DNA from: an uncultured virus (IMG/VR IMGVR_UViG_3300022602_000055)
Taxonomy: Duplodnaviria; Heunggongvirae; Uroviricota; Caudoviricetes
Direction: 5' to 3' (one strand)
IMG/VR virus record: IMGVR_UViG_3300022602_000055
DNA: 64,000 nucleotides
Shown here: piece by piece, positions 25,805-35,680 of the stretch
How positions within the stretch are numbered: position 1 is the first letter of the stretch
Layout: the number at the start of each line of letters is the position of its first letter
Notes under the pieces: generated by a model
Seen by the model: only the letters and a program-made list of their open reading frames with translations
Database searches by the model: none
What the model was told of the DNA's origin: nothing
Translations under genes and position numbers: made by a program

Positions 25805-26297
25805 CTGTTATCTCTCTATTTGCTTCGGCGTAGCCTTCTTGAAACAATCCTATCGCAAATCCTGCTGATAAAGTAAATAGCGAAGCAGCAAGGCTAATCT
25901 GGTTAAATAGCACAATGCTGTCCTCGATTATGGAGTCAATAGCCTCTGATTCATCATCGTCTAGAGACTCTCTTAATTCTTCAAATCGCTTCTCATAATT
26001 CTTCATTTGAATGCTATTGATGACATAGCTGTTGATTTCAGATATCCCGCTAACAAAGTCTTCGTATGGAGCAACCCTAGCCATGCGAATCTCGCTATCT
26101 CGCTGTTCCATCTCCACGCCTTCTTGGCTGATGGGAGGGATATCTAGTTCTTGAGCCAGCTCTTCTCCATTAGTTACCTGCATGTCGTACAGATACCAGC
26201 GAACTAAAGTGGACATAGGTATGTAGCCGATATCTCCAGGCTCTTTAGTGAAAGCCTCTTCGTCTTTATCGCCACGAAACTTGTCGAAAAAACTCAC
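25791..26297 (-). CDS. Hypothetical protein
   Basis: ORF coupled to polA. Confidence 0.7.
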   Translation of the reverse strand: MSFFDKFRGDKDEEAFTKEPGDIGYIPMSTLVRWYLYDMQVTNGEELAQELDIPPISQEGVEMEQRDSEIRMARVAPYEDFVSGISEINSYVINSIQMKNYEKRFEELRESLDDDESEAIDSIIEDSIVLFNQISLAASLFTLSAGFAIGLFQEGYAEANREITDEQQ

Positions 26298-28243
26298 TTC
26301 TTACCATCACCCCACTTATCCACAATCTTAATATCCGCAATAAGCGGAACTCGAATAGTCTTAACGCCCTTCATAACGTTCTCCATGGCATCCCTAATAG
26401 CCTCAGCAGTTTCCTCAGCCAAATGATTAGGAGCCAAAGTCACTAGTTCGTCGTGAACCGTTAGTAGAAGCTTAGACCCTTGAGGAATCTTTCTGTATGC
26501 GCCACACATGGCTAGTTTCATAATATCTGCAGCCGAACCTTGAATCTTGGTGTTAAAGGCTTGTCGCTCGGCAGAGCTACGCTTCTCTCTAATATCTGAG
26601 TTAATATCAGGCAAATAGCGACGGCGGTCACAAATGGTGGTCACATACCCGTTTTTACGGGTGCTGGCAATAACCTTACTGCGGTAGTTATTGATTTCCT
26701 TAAACTCCTTGGCGAAATTGTCTAGGAGCTCTTTAGCCTCTGCAAGCTTAATTCCAAGGGTCTTTGCTACCTTGTCAGGACCTACGCCATAGGACATGGA
26801 TAGGTTGAGGACTTTACCCGCTGAGCGGTCTTTACCTACTTTGGAAGCAATAGCAGTATAGATATCTTTACCAGTATTAAAAGCCTCAAGCATGGTCGGG
26901 TCTTGGGAAAAGGAAGCAATCAATCTAGGCTCAATTTGGGCATAGTCAGCGACAACTAACTTATAACCTTCAGGAGCGATAAACAGGTTGCGAATCTTCT
27001 TACCTATTTCGCTCTTCTCAGGGTTAGGGATGTTCTGTAGGTTAGGGTTTTTACTGGAGAATCGCCCTGTTTCCGCGCCGTTCTGAAGGAAGTCACAGTG
27101 GATACGCCCACTTATGAGCAGGCTGGTCTTCTCCTCATCTCCCAAGTAAGGGATGATGTAGGTAGTTAGCAATTTGTTAAGGTCCGAGTAGGCAGATAGC
27201 AACTTACCCAGTGGGTCATGGACAAGTTCCTTAAGAGCTTCTTCTGAAGTTGAGTAGTCTAAGTAAGTCAATTCCTCATTGTTCATGCTTTTATTCTTAC
27301 CTTTGGTGGTTAAGACCTTAGTCTTTAATCCCCTACCGCCCTCAGATTTAGGGGCATAAAGAATAAATTGCTTCTCTGGAACTGAGTTGATATTAAACTT
27401 TTGATTTGCTTCCTGATAAATCTTGGTACGCAATTCATCAATGTCTCGCTCTAAATCTACCTTCAACTGAGCCAAAGCTTCAGTATCAATAGGTGCGCCA
27501 GCTAACTTCATGTCACAAAGAACACGAAGAACTTCCATCTCTAAGTTCATAACTTTTACAACATTAGCCTCTTCAACCTTTTCTTTAAGTTTTCCCCAAA
27601 GAAGCCATGTGTATTTAGCATCAAGCTCTGCGTAAGTAGCGACATCATCAAATGTGTGAACAGAAATATCTTTACCAACACCTTTGACCATGTGGTAACC
27701 AAGCTCTCTTTCAACGCAATCGTCTAGAGAGCACTTGCCCTTATTACGGTTATCATAAAGAAAGGATGCAAGCATGGTGTCAAAGTAAGGTCCTGGAGCG
27801 ACTTCGTTATTGCAGTATTTTGCAATAGAAGTTAAGTCAAAAATTAAGTTGTGACCAATCTTTAGTTTGTCACTAAAAAGAAGCGGTCTAAGTGCCTCAA
27901 ACACTTCGTCTGGGAATAGTTGTGCTGGAGGCTCAGTAAAGACTTTGGTGGCTTTGCGGTCATCTCTAGAGTAATCACTGGGACGGACTACTAGACCAGT
28001 ATCTAGTCTTTTTTGTCCTTGTCCAGTAAGAGGTCTAACAAGCTCGATAAAGTCACCATTGGGATGACCCATAGGAATAGAATCAACTCGACCATAGGTA
28101 GCAAGACTTATCCAAACTACTTGATTTACAGGAGTAAGAACCCTTTGCTCTCCCATAGTTTCAACGTCAAAAGCAAACGCATCTTGTTTTAAATAATACT
28201 CAACCAACTCATTAAGTTGGTCCTTGTTCAGAATAACGCTCAT
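26294..28243 (-). CDS. polA: Family A DNA polymerase (3'-5' exonuclease plus polymerase)
   Basis: FDVET, TGRFSSKNPNLQNIP, ADYAQIE, KVLNLSMSYG, VHDE. Confidence 0.95.
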   Translation of the reverse strand: MSVILNKDQLNELVEYYLKQDAFAFDVETMGEQRVLTPVNQVVWISLATYGRVDSIPMGHPNGDFIELVRPLTGQGQKRLDTGLVVRPSDYSRDDRKATKVFTEPPAQLFPDEVFEALRPLLFSDKLKIGHNLIFDLTSIAKYCNNEVAPGPYFDTMLASFLYDNRNKGKCSLDDCVERELGYHMVKGVGKDISVHTFDDVATYAELDAKYTWLLWGKLKEKVEEANVVKVMNLEMEVLRVLCDMKLAGAPIDTEALAQLKVDLERDIDELRTKIYQEANQKFNINSVPEKQFILYAPKSEGGRGLKTKVLTTKGKNKSMNNEELTYLDYSTSEEALKELVHDPLGKLLSAYSDLNKLLTTYIIPYLGDEEKTSLLISGRIHCDFLQNGAETGRFSSKNPNLQNIPNPEKSEIGKKIRNLFIAPEGYKLVVADYAQIEPRLIASFSQDPTMLEAFNTGKDIYTAIASKVGKDRSAGKVLNLSMSYGVGPDKVAKTLGIKLAEAKELLDNFAKEFKEINNYRSKVIASTRKNGYVTTICDRRRYLPDINSDIREKRSSAERQAFNTKIQGSAADIMKLAMCGAYRKIPQGSKLLLTVHDELVTLAPNHLAEETAEAIRDAMENVMKGVKTIRVPLIADIKIVDKWGDGKK

Positions 28244-28257
28244 ATCTCCCCTTATAT

Positions 28258-28319
28258 GCTTGCAGGGACAGGATGAAAGGGGTGCTGTGAACTCAGCGTG
28301 AACATCCTGCCCCTGAAGC
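28258..28319 (-). promoter_or_regulatory. Structured intergenic RNA element with anti-SD loop upstream of polA
   Basis: GCTTCAGGGGCAGGATG/CATCCTGTCCCTGCAAGC stem with a G-U pair on the - strand; loop contains ACCCCTTT. Confidence 0.55.
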
Positions 28320-28330
28320 GACCTAGTGTG

Positions 28331-29023
28331 TTAGTTACCCATCATTTCTTGAGCAATCTCCATGAGTTCCGCGTAAGAGTTTTGGCGGTATAGAGACGAT
28401 TCGAAAGGAGTAGTGGCACTAACTAGTTCCTCTGCCTTAGCCTCATTGATACCCCAATCTTCAAAGAGGTCACGAGCCTTAACAGCCTGAAGGTGATAAA
28501 CAGTTGTCTGCTTCTCTCCTGTACGGCTAAGAGCCCAGTATGGCTTGGTCAAAGGACCTTGTGGGGAGAAGTGTGCATTGTGCAGTGACTTCCAAAAACG
28601 AGCGGTAGCAATGAGAATCTGCTTCTCAGGCTTTCCGTCTTCAGTTGAAAAGTTAACGATAGTGAATATGCGCTTCTCTTCAGCCTTGTTATGTAGAACA
28701 GTGCAGAGAGGGCAATCATTGTCACTATTAGAATTCAAGCAAATGTAAGACTTCTTTCCTGGCTTTCCAGTAATGAAGTGTTGCTTGAAAGCAGCAAACG
28801 GACCATTCTCTCCAATAAACTTTACGACCTGTGGGGTTTCCTTCTGCTTAAATTCAGTTGGAAATCCAGTGCTTTCAGTCTTGGCAGTGAGTCCTTCTGC
28901 AGCATCCCAACCAGAAACAATCAATGATGAAGCTGATTGAACTGGACGGTCATTGATAGAAAAATCTTCCTCTTCTGTAACAAACTCAGAAGCGATGAAG
29001 TCTGGTGTTGATTCTTTAGCCAT
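28331..29023 (-). CDS. Single-stranded DNA-binding protein (gp32-like)
   Basis: VKF...QHF...YICL...CPLC Zn motif; next to polA. Confidence 0.7.
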   Translation of the reverse strand: MAKESTPDFIASEFVTEEEDFSINDRPVQSASSLIVSGWDAAEGLTAKTESTGFPTEFKQKETPQVVKFIGENGPFAAFKQHFITGKPGKKSYICLNSNSDNDCPLCTVLHNKAEEKRIFTIVNFSTEDGKPEKQILIATARFWKSLHNAHFSPQGPLTKPYWALSRTGEKQTTVYHLQAVKARDLFEDWGINEAKAEELVSATTPFESSLYRQNSYAELMEIAQEMMGN

Positions 29024-29492
29024 TTTTATTTCCTTCATTTGTGGTGTTATCACGTAGCAACTTTTGCCACGTCTCGTTTAGTTCTTTATAAACTGAACGG
29101 TGTTGAGTCCAATCTATACGAGATTTGTTCATAAGTCCATTTCTCGTAAAGATTTCGACTGCGGAGTCAATCATAGCCCTTGTGTAGAGTCTACGACCTT
29201 TATGCTCCTCCCCGTTTTTATCTTTTTTAGTCGGTAAGCGGTAAAAGGATTGTGGAACATGACCTTCCCTCATCCACTTACGAACTGTTATAACTGGGCG
29301 ACCTACAGCGCCTGCAAAAGCGCCTATGGTAAACATCTCAACCTCTACACCATTGATGTATTTTTTATAAGGTTTTGCATCCCAGTTTTCGTCAGGTACT
29401 ACCTCAGGAGGTAGAGCCTCACGACGTTTCCTCTTGCTTCCTGGATAGTAGGTATCCAGTTCTGCAAACTGTTCCATAAAATCTTCTTGCAT
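29016..29492 (-). CDS. MerR-like HTH DNA-binding protein
   Basis: FTIGAFAGAVGRPVITVRKW...GRRLYT. Confidence 0.75.
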   Translation of the reverse strand: MQEDFMEQFAELDTYYPGSKRKRREALPPEVVPDENWDAKPYKKYINGVEVEMFTIGAFAGAVGRPVITVRKWMREGHVPQSFYRLPTKKDKNGEEHKGRRLYTRAMIDSAVEIFTRNGLMNKSRIDWTQHRSVYKELNETWQKLLRDNTTNEGNKNG

Positions 29493-29493
29493 G

Positions 29494-29898
29494 TCAACCC
29501 TTGTTTACAAAGAAGGCGTATGAAACTTTTTTAGGAACAATGGTGTTCATATCTTCTTCAGAGATTTCGCCCTCATAGTAAGCAGCCATAAGCGCATCTT
29601 CTTCAACCATCTTTACTTGCTTGATGCACTTATCTAAGCCCTTCTCTTCCAAGAATGGGATAGCGGAGTCTGTATTAATCTCCATGCTAGTGCGCTTGCG
29701 CTTTGTAATAGAGACGACGCCAATAGTCTCATCACCAATGTCTAGAGTGATGTTTCCTTTGGAGTCTTCTTCACCATGCTTATCAATGGCATCTGTTAAA
29801 ACTGAGTGTAAAGCTTTCTTGCGCTCAGCTAAAAGCTTCTCTTGTTCTTGAATACCAACGTACTGACGAATGTTACTGCGGATAGCTTCTGCATCCAT
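29494..29898 (-). CDS. Conserved hypothetical (Gam/gp157-like coiled-coil) protein
   Basis: N-terminal coiled coil and beta-rich C-terminus; function inferred weakly. Confidence 0.5.
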   Translation of the reverse strand: MDAEAIRSNIRQYVGIQEQEKLLAERKKALHSVLTDAIDKHGEEDSKGNITLDIGDETIGVVSITKRKRTSMEINTDSAIPFLEEKGLDKCIKQVKMVEEDALMAAYYEGEISEEDMNTIVPKKVSYAFFVNKG

Positions 29899-29925
29899 AA
29901 AAGAACCCCCTTTAGATTCAAGCAG

Positions 29926-29956
29926 AATCTATCGGGGGTCCTGTAGTCGTGTCAAA
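29926..29956 (-). promoter_or_regulatory. Sigma-A-like promoter
   Basis: TTGACA-18 nt-TAGATT on the - strand. Confidence 0.55.
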
Positions 29957-29958
29957 TT

Positions 29959-30102
29959 TTAGTCTTTAATGTATTCCTCAAGGGCTTGGATAATAACGCT
30001 GGTAACGGTCACTTTTTGCTCAGAGGCTTTAATTTGGACGGCTTTCCATAGGTCATCTGCTACGCGGATGGTGCGTGTGGGCGTCTTAGGTGCATTTGGC
30101 AT
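29959..30102 (-). CDS. Ribbon-helix-helix DNA-binding protein (47 aa)
   Basis: MPNAPKTPTRTIRVADDLWKAVQIKASEQKVTVTSVIIQALEEYI, a typical RHH pattern; not in the ORF track. Confidence 0.8.
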   Translation of the reverse strand: MPNAPKTPTRTIRVADDLWKAVQIKASEQKVTVTSVIIQALEEYIKD

Positions 30103-30106
30103 TCCT

Positions 30107-30679
30107 CTAGTCTACCTCTTGCAGTGACATATCGGGGTCTAATTCGGTAACTTCTAAAAGACCTGCCTGCATAACCATATAGGTATCTGTCTTAGGAAAA
30201 TACAGGTAGTAGTCATCCTTAGTTGCAGTGGATGCGTCTATAGCCTTTTCCCGTGCTGTTGCTATCTCTATGCCACCTAGTAAAACTACCTTTTGCGAAT
30301 TTTGGTAGTCCACATAAGCCAGGATAGCGGTCTTGGTAATCTCATCATCCCCACGGATTGAGAGCTGACCATCAATCTCGTTTACTCTTCTAACCTCAAA
30401 ATAGGGCTCTACATCTGGAGCCTTGCGGTTATTGTTGTGCTCTGAAAGCTCCCAGTACTTATCGTTCCACTTAGTGCCGTAGAACTTAGCCACAGCGCAT
30501 TCAGCGACCGCTCCTAGCATATCGCCAGCGATGTCAGGTAGTTGGCGACCTGTACGGAACTTAGTCCCTACTCGCTCACCGTTTGCTTCTCGGTGCTTGA
30601 TGCTACGTTCAAATCCAATATCCAACGCGTGTTTATATTCTTCTCTGGTTAGCCAGACCTCTGCCCGTATTGTTGCCAT
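30107..30679 (-). CDS. Putative PD-(D/E)xK-like nuclease
   Basis: GAVAECAVAK...PDV...EVR. Confidence 0.5.
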   Translation of the reverse strand: MATIRAEVWLTREEYKHALDIGFERSIKHREANGERVGTKFRTGRQLPDIAGDMLGAVAECAVAKFYGTKWNDKYWELSEHNNNRKAPDVEPYFEVRRVNEIDGQLSIRGDDEITKTAILAYVDYQNSQKVVLLGGIEIATAREKAIDASTATKDDYYLYFPKTDTYMVMQAGLLEVTELDPDMSLQEVD

Positions 30680-30688
30680 AAGTGCTCC

Positions 30689-32275
30689 TTATATTGTGGT
30701 TGTTCGTAGAAAACTGCTTAAAGATGCCAAGGTAAGTTCAACCCCACCTTTATCATCTATGCCTTTGCCATCAATCACAGCTGAGGCAACGGAAGATTTA
30801 AATTGAAGCGCATCATACTGACGTACTTCCAAAGACCCCGCTACAAGGATGTCTTGTATAACGGCGGCTTGAAATTTGGAAGAGGCTCGGATAATTCGCC
30901 CGTTTCTTTGAGTGGCTGCGCCTGACGACCACGGTAGGTCATAATTGATGAGCAGATTTCCAGCGGGTAAATCAACGCCGTAACCCCCAGCATCGCTAGA
31001 AATAAGTACCCTAATACTTGGGTCATTATTGAAAGCAATTTTGTTCTCCTCTTTTTGTTTGGCGTTTAATTTCCCTGAATACAACTTACAGATATCTTCT
31101 CCGAGTTCTTTCTGAATAATGTCAAGCATGTGCACATGGGTAGCAAATATAACTACCTTGTTATCTTCAGAAATATCCAAGAAATCTTTTACATAGGACA
31201 CTAAAGTACTGAGCTTATCGCACTTAGTAATCCCATCTAACAAACCATCGTCAACGAGTTCTGCAGCATAGGCGGAGCCGTCCCCTTTTTGTTCATGGAA
31301 CTTTTCAGCACTGATGCGTATCAAATCTGGATGGGAGCACAGCATCTTAAGTGCACCGATTTTAGACATAAGCTTTCCACGCAGTTCATCTGCTGGACCG
31401 CCCCACTGTTTCTCTAAACCGTAGTGGGCTAGGAGATTAAAGGATGTGCCAAACAACGCCTCGGCGTCCTCTAAATCCCTTAATAGGTCATTTGCTATCT
31501 TGTTGTACAGCTTGGCTGTTTTCCTGTCTGGGACTACCAGCAGAGGGTCTTTATGGATAGCATCTGGAAGATACGGGGCTACATCAGGGTCTTTTTGAGA
31601 CTTTCGCACGCAAGCTTTTTTAAGCCTCTCGTGTAACGTAGGCAGGTTCCTGTAGCGGGAGACAGCGCCCCAATGGTTTCGGACAATGAAAGTGTGGTCA
31701 AATACGTCAAACTTACCAAGGAGCTGATTGTCAACAAATTGCATAATGCTAAACAGTTCTTCGGGTTTGCCGTTTTCAATAGGAGTACCTGTTAGTGCAA
31801 ATCTATAGGGGGCATCAGCAAGGTTTTTAACATGCTTAGAGCGCTTAGAGCGAAATGACTTAATAGCAGTGGCTTCATCAATGACAATAAAACCTCTCGG
31901 GAGCTTGCTTACAAACTTCCAATCATTAACCACTTGCTCGTAGTTAATAATCACATAGTCAGTAGTTTCAATCCCACCATTAATAACGGACATATACTGC
32001 TCAGCTCTTTTAGTAGGAGAGCCGTCAATAACTAAAGCTTTTGAAGTACCTTCTGTAAACTTTTTAATCTGGTTTGCCCATTGGTATTTAAGTGAGGATA
32101 AGCAAATAACAATTCCTGGGGTTACTACTTTTTGCTCTTCTTTCAACCGCTCTAAGGCAGCGATAGTCAATACGGTTTTTCCCAGCCCTAAGTCGTACGC
32201 CACAAGCACTTTGCCTGTTTCGCACATCTTGTCAACCGCCTCAGGTTGATAGGGCAGTAGAGTTCCCTTAAACAT
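30689..32275 (-). CDS. SNF2-family helicase
   Basis: DLGLGKT, IDEA, LTGTPIEN, QRNGRI. Confidence 0.9.
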   Translation of the reverse strand: MFKGTLLPYQPEAVDKMCETGKVLVAYDLGLGKTVLTIAALERLKEEQKVVTPGIVICLSSLKYQWANQIKKFTEGTSKALVIDGSPTKRAEQYMSVINGGIETTDYVIINYEQVVNDWKFVSKLPRGFIVIDEATAIKSFRSKRSKHVKNLADAPYRFALTGTPIENGKPEELFSIMQFVDNQLLGKFDVFDHTFIVRNHWGAVSRYRNLPTLHERLKKACVRKSQKDPDVAPYLPDAIHKDPLLVVPDRKTAKLYNKIANDLLRDLEDAEALFGTSFNLLAHYGLEKQWGGPADELRGKLMSKIGALKMLCSHPDLIRISAEKFHEQKGDGSAYAAELVDDGLLDGITKCDKLSTLVSYVKDFLDISEDNKVVIFATHVHMLDIIQKELGEDICKLYSGKLNAKQKEENKIAFNNDPSIRVLISSDAGGYGVDLPAGNLLINYDLPWSSGAATQRNGRIIRASSKFQAAVIQDILVAGSLEVRQYDALQFKSSVASAVIDGKGIDDKGGVELTLASLSSFLRTTTI

Positions 32276-32810
32276 TTTGCAATCTTATCTTTACAGCATA
32301 AATTAAATCTTCAAGAGAGCCGTCATTTATAAAACGGCAGTCAAAGTCCCAATCATCCATATCTAACTCTGATATGTGGTTGTTTACTGGTCCAACTCCA
32401 GGACGCTCTATTCTCCACACTTGAGCATAGTCTCTACGCTTAATCACCGAAGCTTCATTCTTAAAACGCACATCAGTAATAACAAAATTTCCTGTAAAAG
32501 AAACTTTGTTCAAAGCAATGTTAATCCAAAAAGATTCTCCGAAGCGTGCTCTGGCAGATAGCCCGACGTTCTGTAAAATCTTTCTGACAGTTGGATGTTG
32601 CTTTGCTTTATCCCAACCTTGAGTATCTACTAAATCTTGAAGATTGGTTAACCCGTCATATTCTGAAAAGTCAACAAGTGGATTGATGTCATATGCAAAA
32701 TCTCTAACTGCATCAGCAAATGCCACTCTTGTGTAGCCATGATTGTTAACTAGATACTCTGCAACAGTATCTTTTCCAGATTGTGCGTATCCGCTTAAGC
32801 CAATAATCAT
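32268..32810 (-). CDS. Deoxynucleoside monophosphate kinase
   Basis: IIGLSGYAQSGKDT, FAD, TDVRFKNE, HISE. Confidence 0.9.
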   Translation of the reverse strand: MIIGLSGYAQSGKDTVAEYLVNNHGYTRVAFADAVRDFAYDINPLVDFSEYDGLTNLQDLVDTQGWDKAKQHPTVRKILQNVGLSARARFGESFWINIALNKVSFTGNFVITDVRFKNEASVIKRRDYAQVWRIERPGVGPVNNHISELDMDDWDFDCRFINDGSLEDLIYAVKIRLQNV

Positions 32811-33739
32811 CGAGAAAATGCTCCTTTTCGTAGAGATAGTTTTGCGTTTTGTATTCCTGTGTAGACCTCAAGTTTACTCATACCTCCCACATCCTTCTGG
32901 TCGGTGTGGCTGTAGTCAAAGAACTTGATTGCTTTATTATGGTCATCAGCCCATCTAAGGATTTCATCAGATGAGCGCATCCCTGCCTCATCATTATCCA
33001 TAGCTACGCAAATGCTATCTATGCTCTCAAGCAAGGCATACTGCTCTTTAGTTAACATAGCGCCGTAGACTGCAACAGCACTATGTATGCCTAATGAATG
33101 TAGGCGAACAACATCTAGGGGAGACTCAACGACTATAGTTGGTTCAGATACATCAATCTTATAATAGCCAAATAGTGCCTTACCCTTCTTTATCCCTTCG
33201 GGATAGTTCATAAAATATCTGCCACGATAACCCTTTTCCTGCCAACCCCACAAGGCATTCGTGCGTGGGTCGCGGATAGGGATAATCCAACAGAGCTTTT
33301 TAAGGTCGAACATAAGACCGTAAAACTTTGCACTAGTAGCCAGCAAACCTCTGCTTTTTAAAGCATCAGTAGGAGGTTCTATAAATAAAGCTAATTCAGA
33401 CTCATATAGAACGGTGGGCACTGCCTCTGATTCAGGGGTTTCTCCAAGTTTTTCTAACTGCTTACTTAGATAGTCATCTCTTTCCCTCAGATACTCATCA
33501 ACGTTCTCTAAAGCCACTCCCCCTAGGTATCCAACCAAAAACTGCAGGTTACCTCTGAAATCGCAAGACCAGCAACGAAAGGCACCAGTCGAGGCGTTTA
33601 TAGAGAACGATGGGTGCCTATCTTCTTTGCCAGTTCTCTCCAAGTGAGCAGGACACTTAGCCTTTACTTCACGACCTTGACTTTCAATAACCTCTACGCC
33701 GATTTTCTCCAAAAGTTCAGTCATCTCATCAGTAGTCAT
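32807..33739 (-). CDS. dnaG: DNA primase (CHC2 Zn finger plus TOPRIM)
   Basis: CPAH...CWSC; VESPLD; MDNDEAG. Confidence 0.9.
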   Translation of the reverse strand: MTTDEMTELLEKIGVEVIESQGREVKAKCPAHLERTGKEDRHPSFSINASTGAFRCWSCDFRGNLQFLVGYLGGVALENVDEYLRERDDYLSKQLEKLGETPESEAVPTVLYESELALFIEPPTDALKSRGLLATSAKFYGLMFDLKKLCWIIPIRDPRTNALWGWQEKGYRGRYFMNYPEGIKKGKALFGYYKIDVSEPTIVVESPLDVVRLHSLGIHSAVAVYGAMLTKEQYALLESIDSICVAMDNDEAGMRSSDEILRWADDHNKAIKFFDYSHTDQKDVGGMSKLEVYTGIQNAKLSLRKGAFSR

Positions 33740-34964
33740 CTAAATCACTTGACTCCTGCTCTTTGAATACGCCTCTCTCCCACTCCCATGTCAGGGATAT
33801 CTCTGCTGGGGCAGAGTTACGGCTAGCCATAATCTTTAGGATACGCATATCGTCAACCTCTTCAGACTCTCGCTCTAAACCCATCACAATGTCGGCATCT
33901 TGAGCAAAAGATGAGGCGTAACCAATAGAGTCAATGGTTGCCTTACCTTTGTTGGTCTTATGCGCTAGGTACTGAGTATTAATAATGATTGGTTTATTGA
34001 TACGCAAAGCAAGGTTTTTAAGGCTACGGGTAATTCCAGTAAGCGCTCTTGGAGTCTGTGATTCTCCTGAAAGCTCATCCGTCATCAAATACACACCATC
34101 AATAAAAATAACATCAGGGTTAATGAGTTGAATCTTATTAGCGATTCCAGTAACTGTTCTTAAGCCAGTCTGGTCAGGCAAAATAAAGTCACTCTCTAAT
34201 TGCTTAGTGACATTAAGGCTTGAACGAAAACGACCATACTCTTCATCAATCAAAGAGCCAGTCATCAAACGGAAGTGTGAAATCTTTGCGCGAATAGCAT
34301 CATAACGAGCCTGCTGTTCTAGGTTAGTCATTTCGTATGACTGGAACATAACCTTCTGTCCCTCAAGTTGCATATTAATCCCCATTTGCAGACAAAGAGT
34401 TGACTTACCAGTTTTAGGCAAAGCAGCGACAACAATCAAGTTACCTTTTTGAATACCGCTTGTGCTCTTATCAATAGTTGGGAAACCAGTTCTATATCCG
34501 ATGATTCCGTCAGGAGTACCTTTCCTGCGCTCATACTCTGCTAAACGTTCTTCAGTAGTATCTCTAAGACTGATATCACGGCTAGCGGTAAAGCTCTCCT
34601 CATCAATGCGTACTAGACCGCCCTGTAATGTTAAGAGAGCTTTCTCAGCATCCATCTGCTCATAGACATTAATTGCATCTTTTAGGAGAGAAAATGTAAG
34701 AGCCTTTCGGCGGTCAGATATAAAAGCATCAATAAGATACTCAATAGAATCTTTAGGAGTTTCTAAAGTAAAGTTAGGAAAATTTCTCTTTACTGCTTCT
34801 TCACTTGGGCACTCGGCGTAGTTAACAAAGTGTGCTCTGACAAATTGAAATAGACGCTTATCCTCATCGCTAGCAAACCACTCTTCAGTGATTCCTCTAT
34901 TGAATAGAGGCGACAGGTCTCTGTCAGAGATAGCTTTATGTAAAAGCTTCAGTTCGTTGTTCAA
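33729..34964 (-). CDS. dnaB: Replicative DnaB-like helicase
   Basis: TGFPTID, ALPKTGKS, SYEM, IDGVYLM, QDAD. Confidence 0.9.
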   Translation of the reverse strand: MNNELKLLHKAISDRDLSPLFNRGITEEWFASDEDKRLFQFVRAHFVNYAECPSEEAVKRNFPNFTLETPKDSIEYLIDAFISDRRKALTFSLLKDAINVYEQMDAEKALLTLQGGLVRIDEESFTASRDISLRDTTEERLAEYERRKGTPDGIIGYRTGFPTIDKSTSGIQKGNLIVVAALPKTGKSTLCLQMGINMQLEGQKVMFQSYEMTNLEQQARYDAIRAKISHFRLMTGSLIDEEYGRFRSSLNVTKQLESDFILPDQTGLRTVTGIANKIQLINPDVIFIDGVYLMTDELSGESQTPRALTGITRSLKNLALRINKPIIINTQYLAHKTNKGKATIDSIGYASSFAQDADIVMGLERESEEVDDMRILKIMASRNSAPAEISLTWEWERGVFKEQESSDLDDY

Positions 34965-35383
34965 ATTCTACCGCCAAACAAATCGTTGAAAGATAGTCCC
35001 CAATGCCCATACATTAGCAACCTATTTGGAACATCCACAACTCCTACAACCTCTGGTCTGTAAGGGAGTTCTGCGACGAGATGCTCAATGGATTCATACG
35101 CTGTTGCGTAACGAAATGGGTTAGTTCCGACTTTATCTAGATAGTCAATAATTTCTTGGATAGCTTCTTCAGACCTATCAGTACTTATAAGCTCTAAAGT
35201 ATCGCCAACACGGGAAGCATAAAGATAGAACCTGCTAAGAGCACCCATGTCGTACTTAACGTTATAGGTTATCTGCGGAATTATTTTAAACTTCTTTTTA
35301 ACCTCAGGTGTTGAGGTGGTTATTACATCAAGGTGAACCAGAAATCGCCTAGGTAAGGCGTTACTGATATCCCCATTTTGCAA
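34961..35383 (-). CDS. Hypothetical protein
   Basis: ORF in replication operon. Confidence 0.7.
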   Translation of the reverse strand: MQNGDISNALPRRFLVHLDVITTSTPEVKKKFKIIPQITYNVKYDMGALSRFYLYASRVGDTLELISTDRSEEAIQEIIDYLDKVGTNPFRYATAYESIEHLVAELPYRPEVVGVVDVPNRLLMYGHWGLSFNDLFGGRI

Positions 35384-35680
35384 TTAAAACACCTCTATTT
35401 TTCCAAATCTGATAACAAAGTCCCTCATCGTTTTATTCGATGACTTTGCCATCTCTGAGTCGTATGCTGTCGCTTTATTTGAAATTGCTAGCGGATAGAC
35501 GCCATTGTTCTCGTCCATCCTAGCCTTAACAAAAGTAGTGTGCTTACAGGACTCCCTTGCGGTGAACCCTGGGCAGTTGCAGTGTAACCTATCATGCTCA
35601 TTGATAGATACTTCGAAGATTCCTGGATGGGTCGTAGTCTTGGTACTTAGGAATACCTGTACTAGTCTGTAACCTTTCAC
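35384..35680 (-). CDS. SWIM Zn-finger protein
   Basis: CNCPGF...CKH. Confidence 0.8.
   Translation of the reverse strand: MKGYRLVQVFLSTKTTTHPGIFEVSINEHDRLHCNCPGFTARESCKHTTFVKARMDENNGVYPLAISNKATAYDSEMAKSSNKTMRDFVIRFGKIEVF

Noticed and set aside
11070..34964. Inteins or group I introns in nrdJ, recA, polA or dnaB
   Set aside because: Protein lengths are normal, with no intein terminal motifs or frame interruptions.
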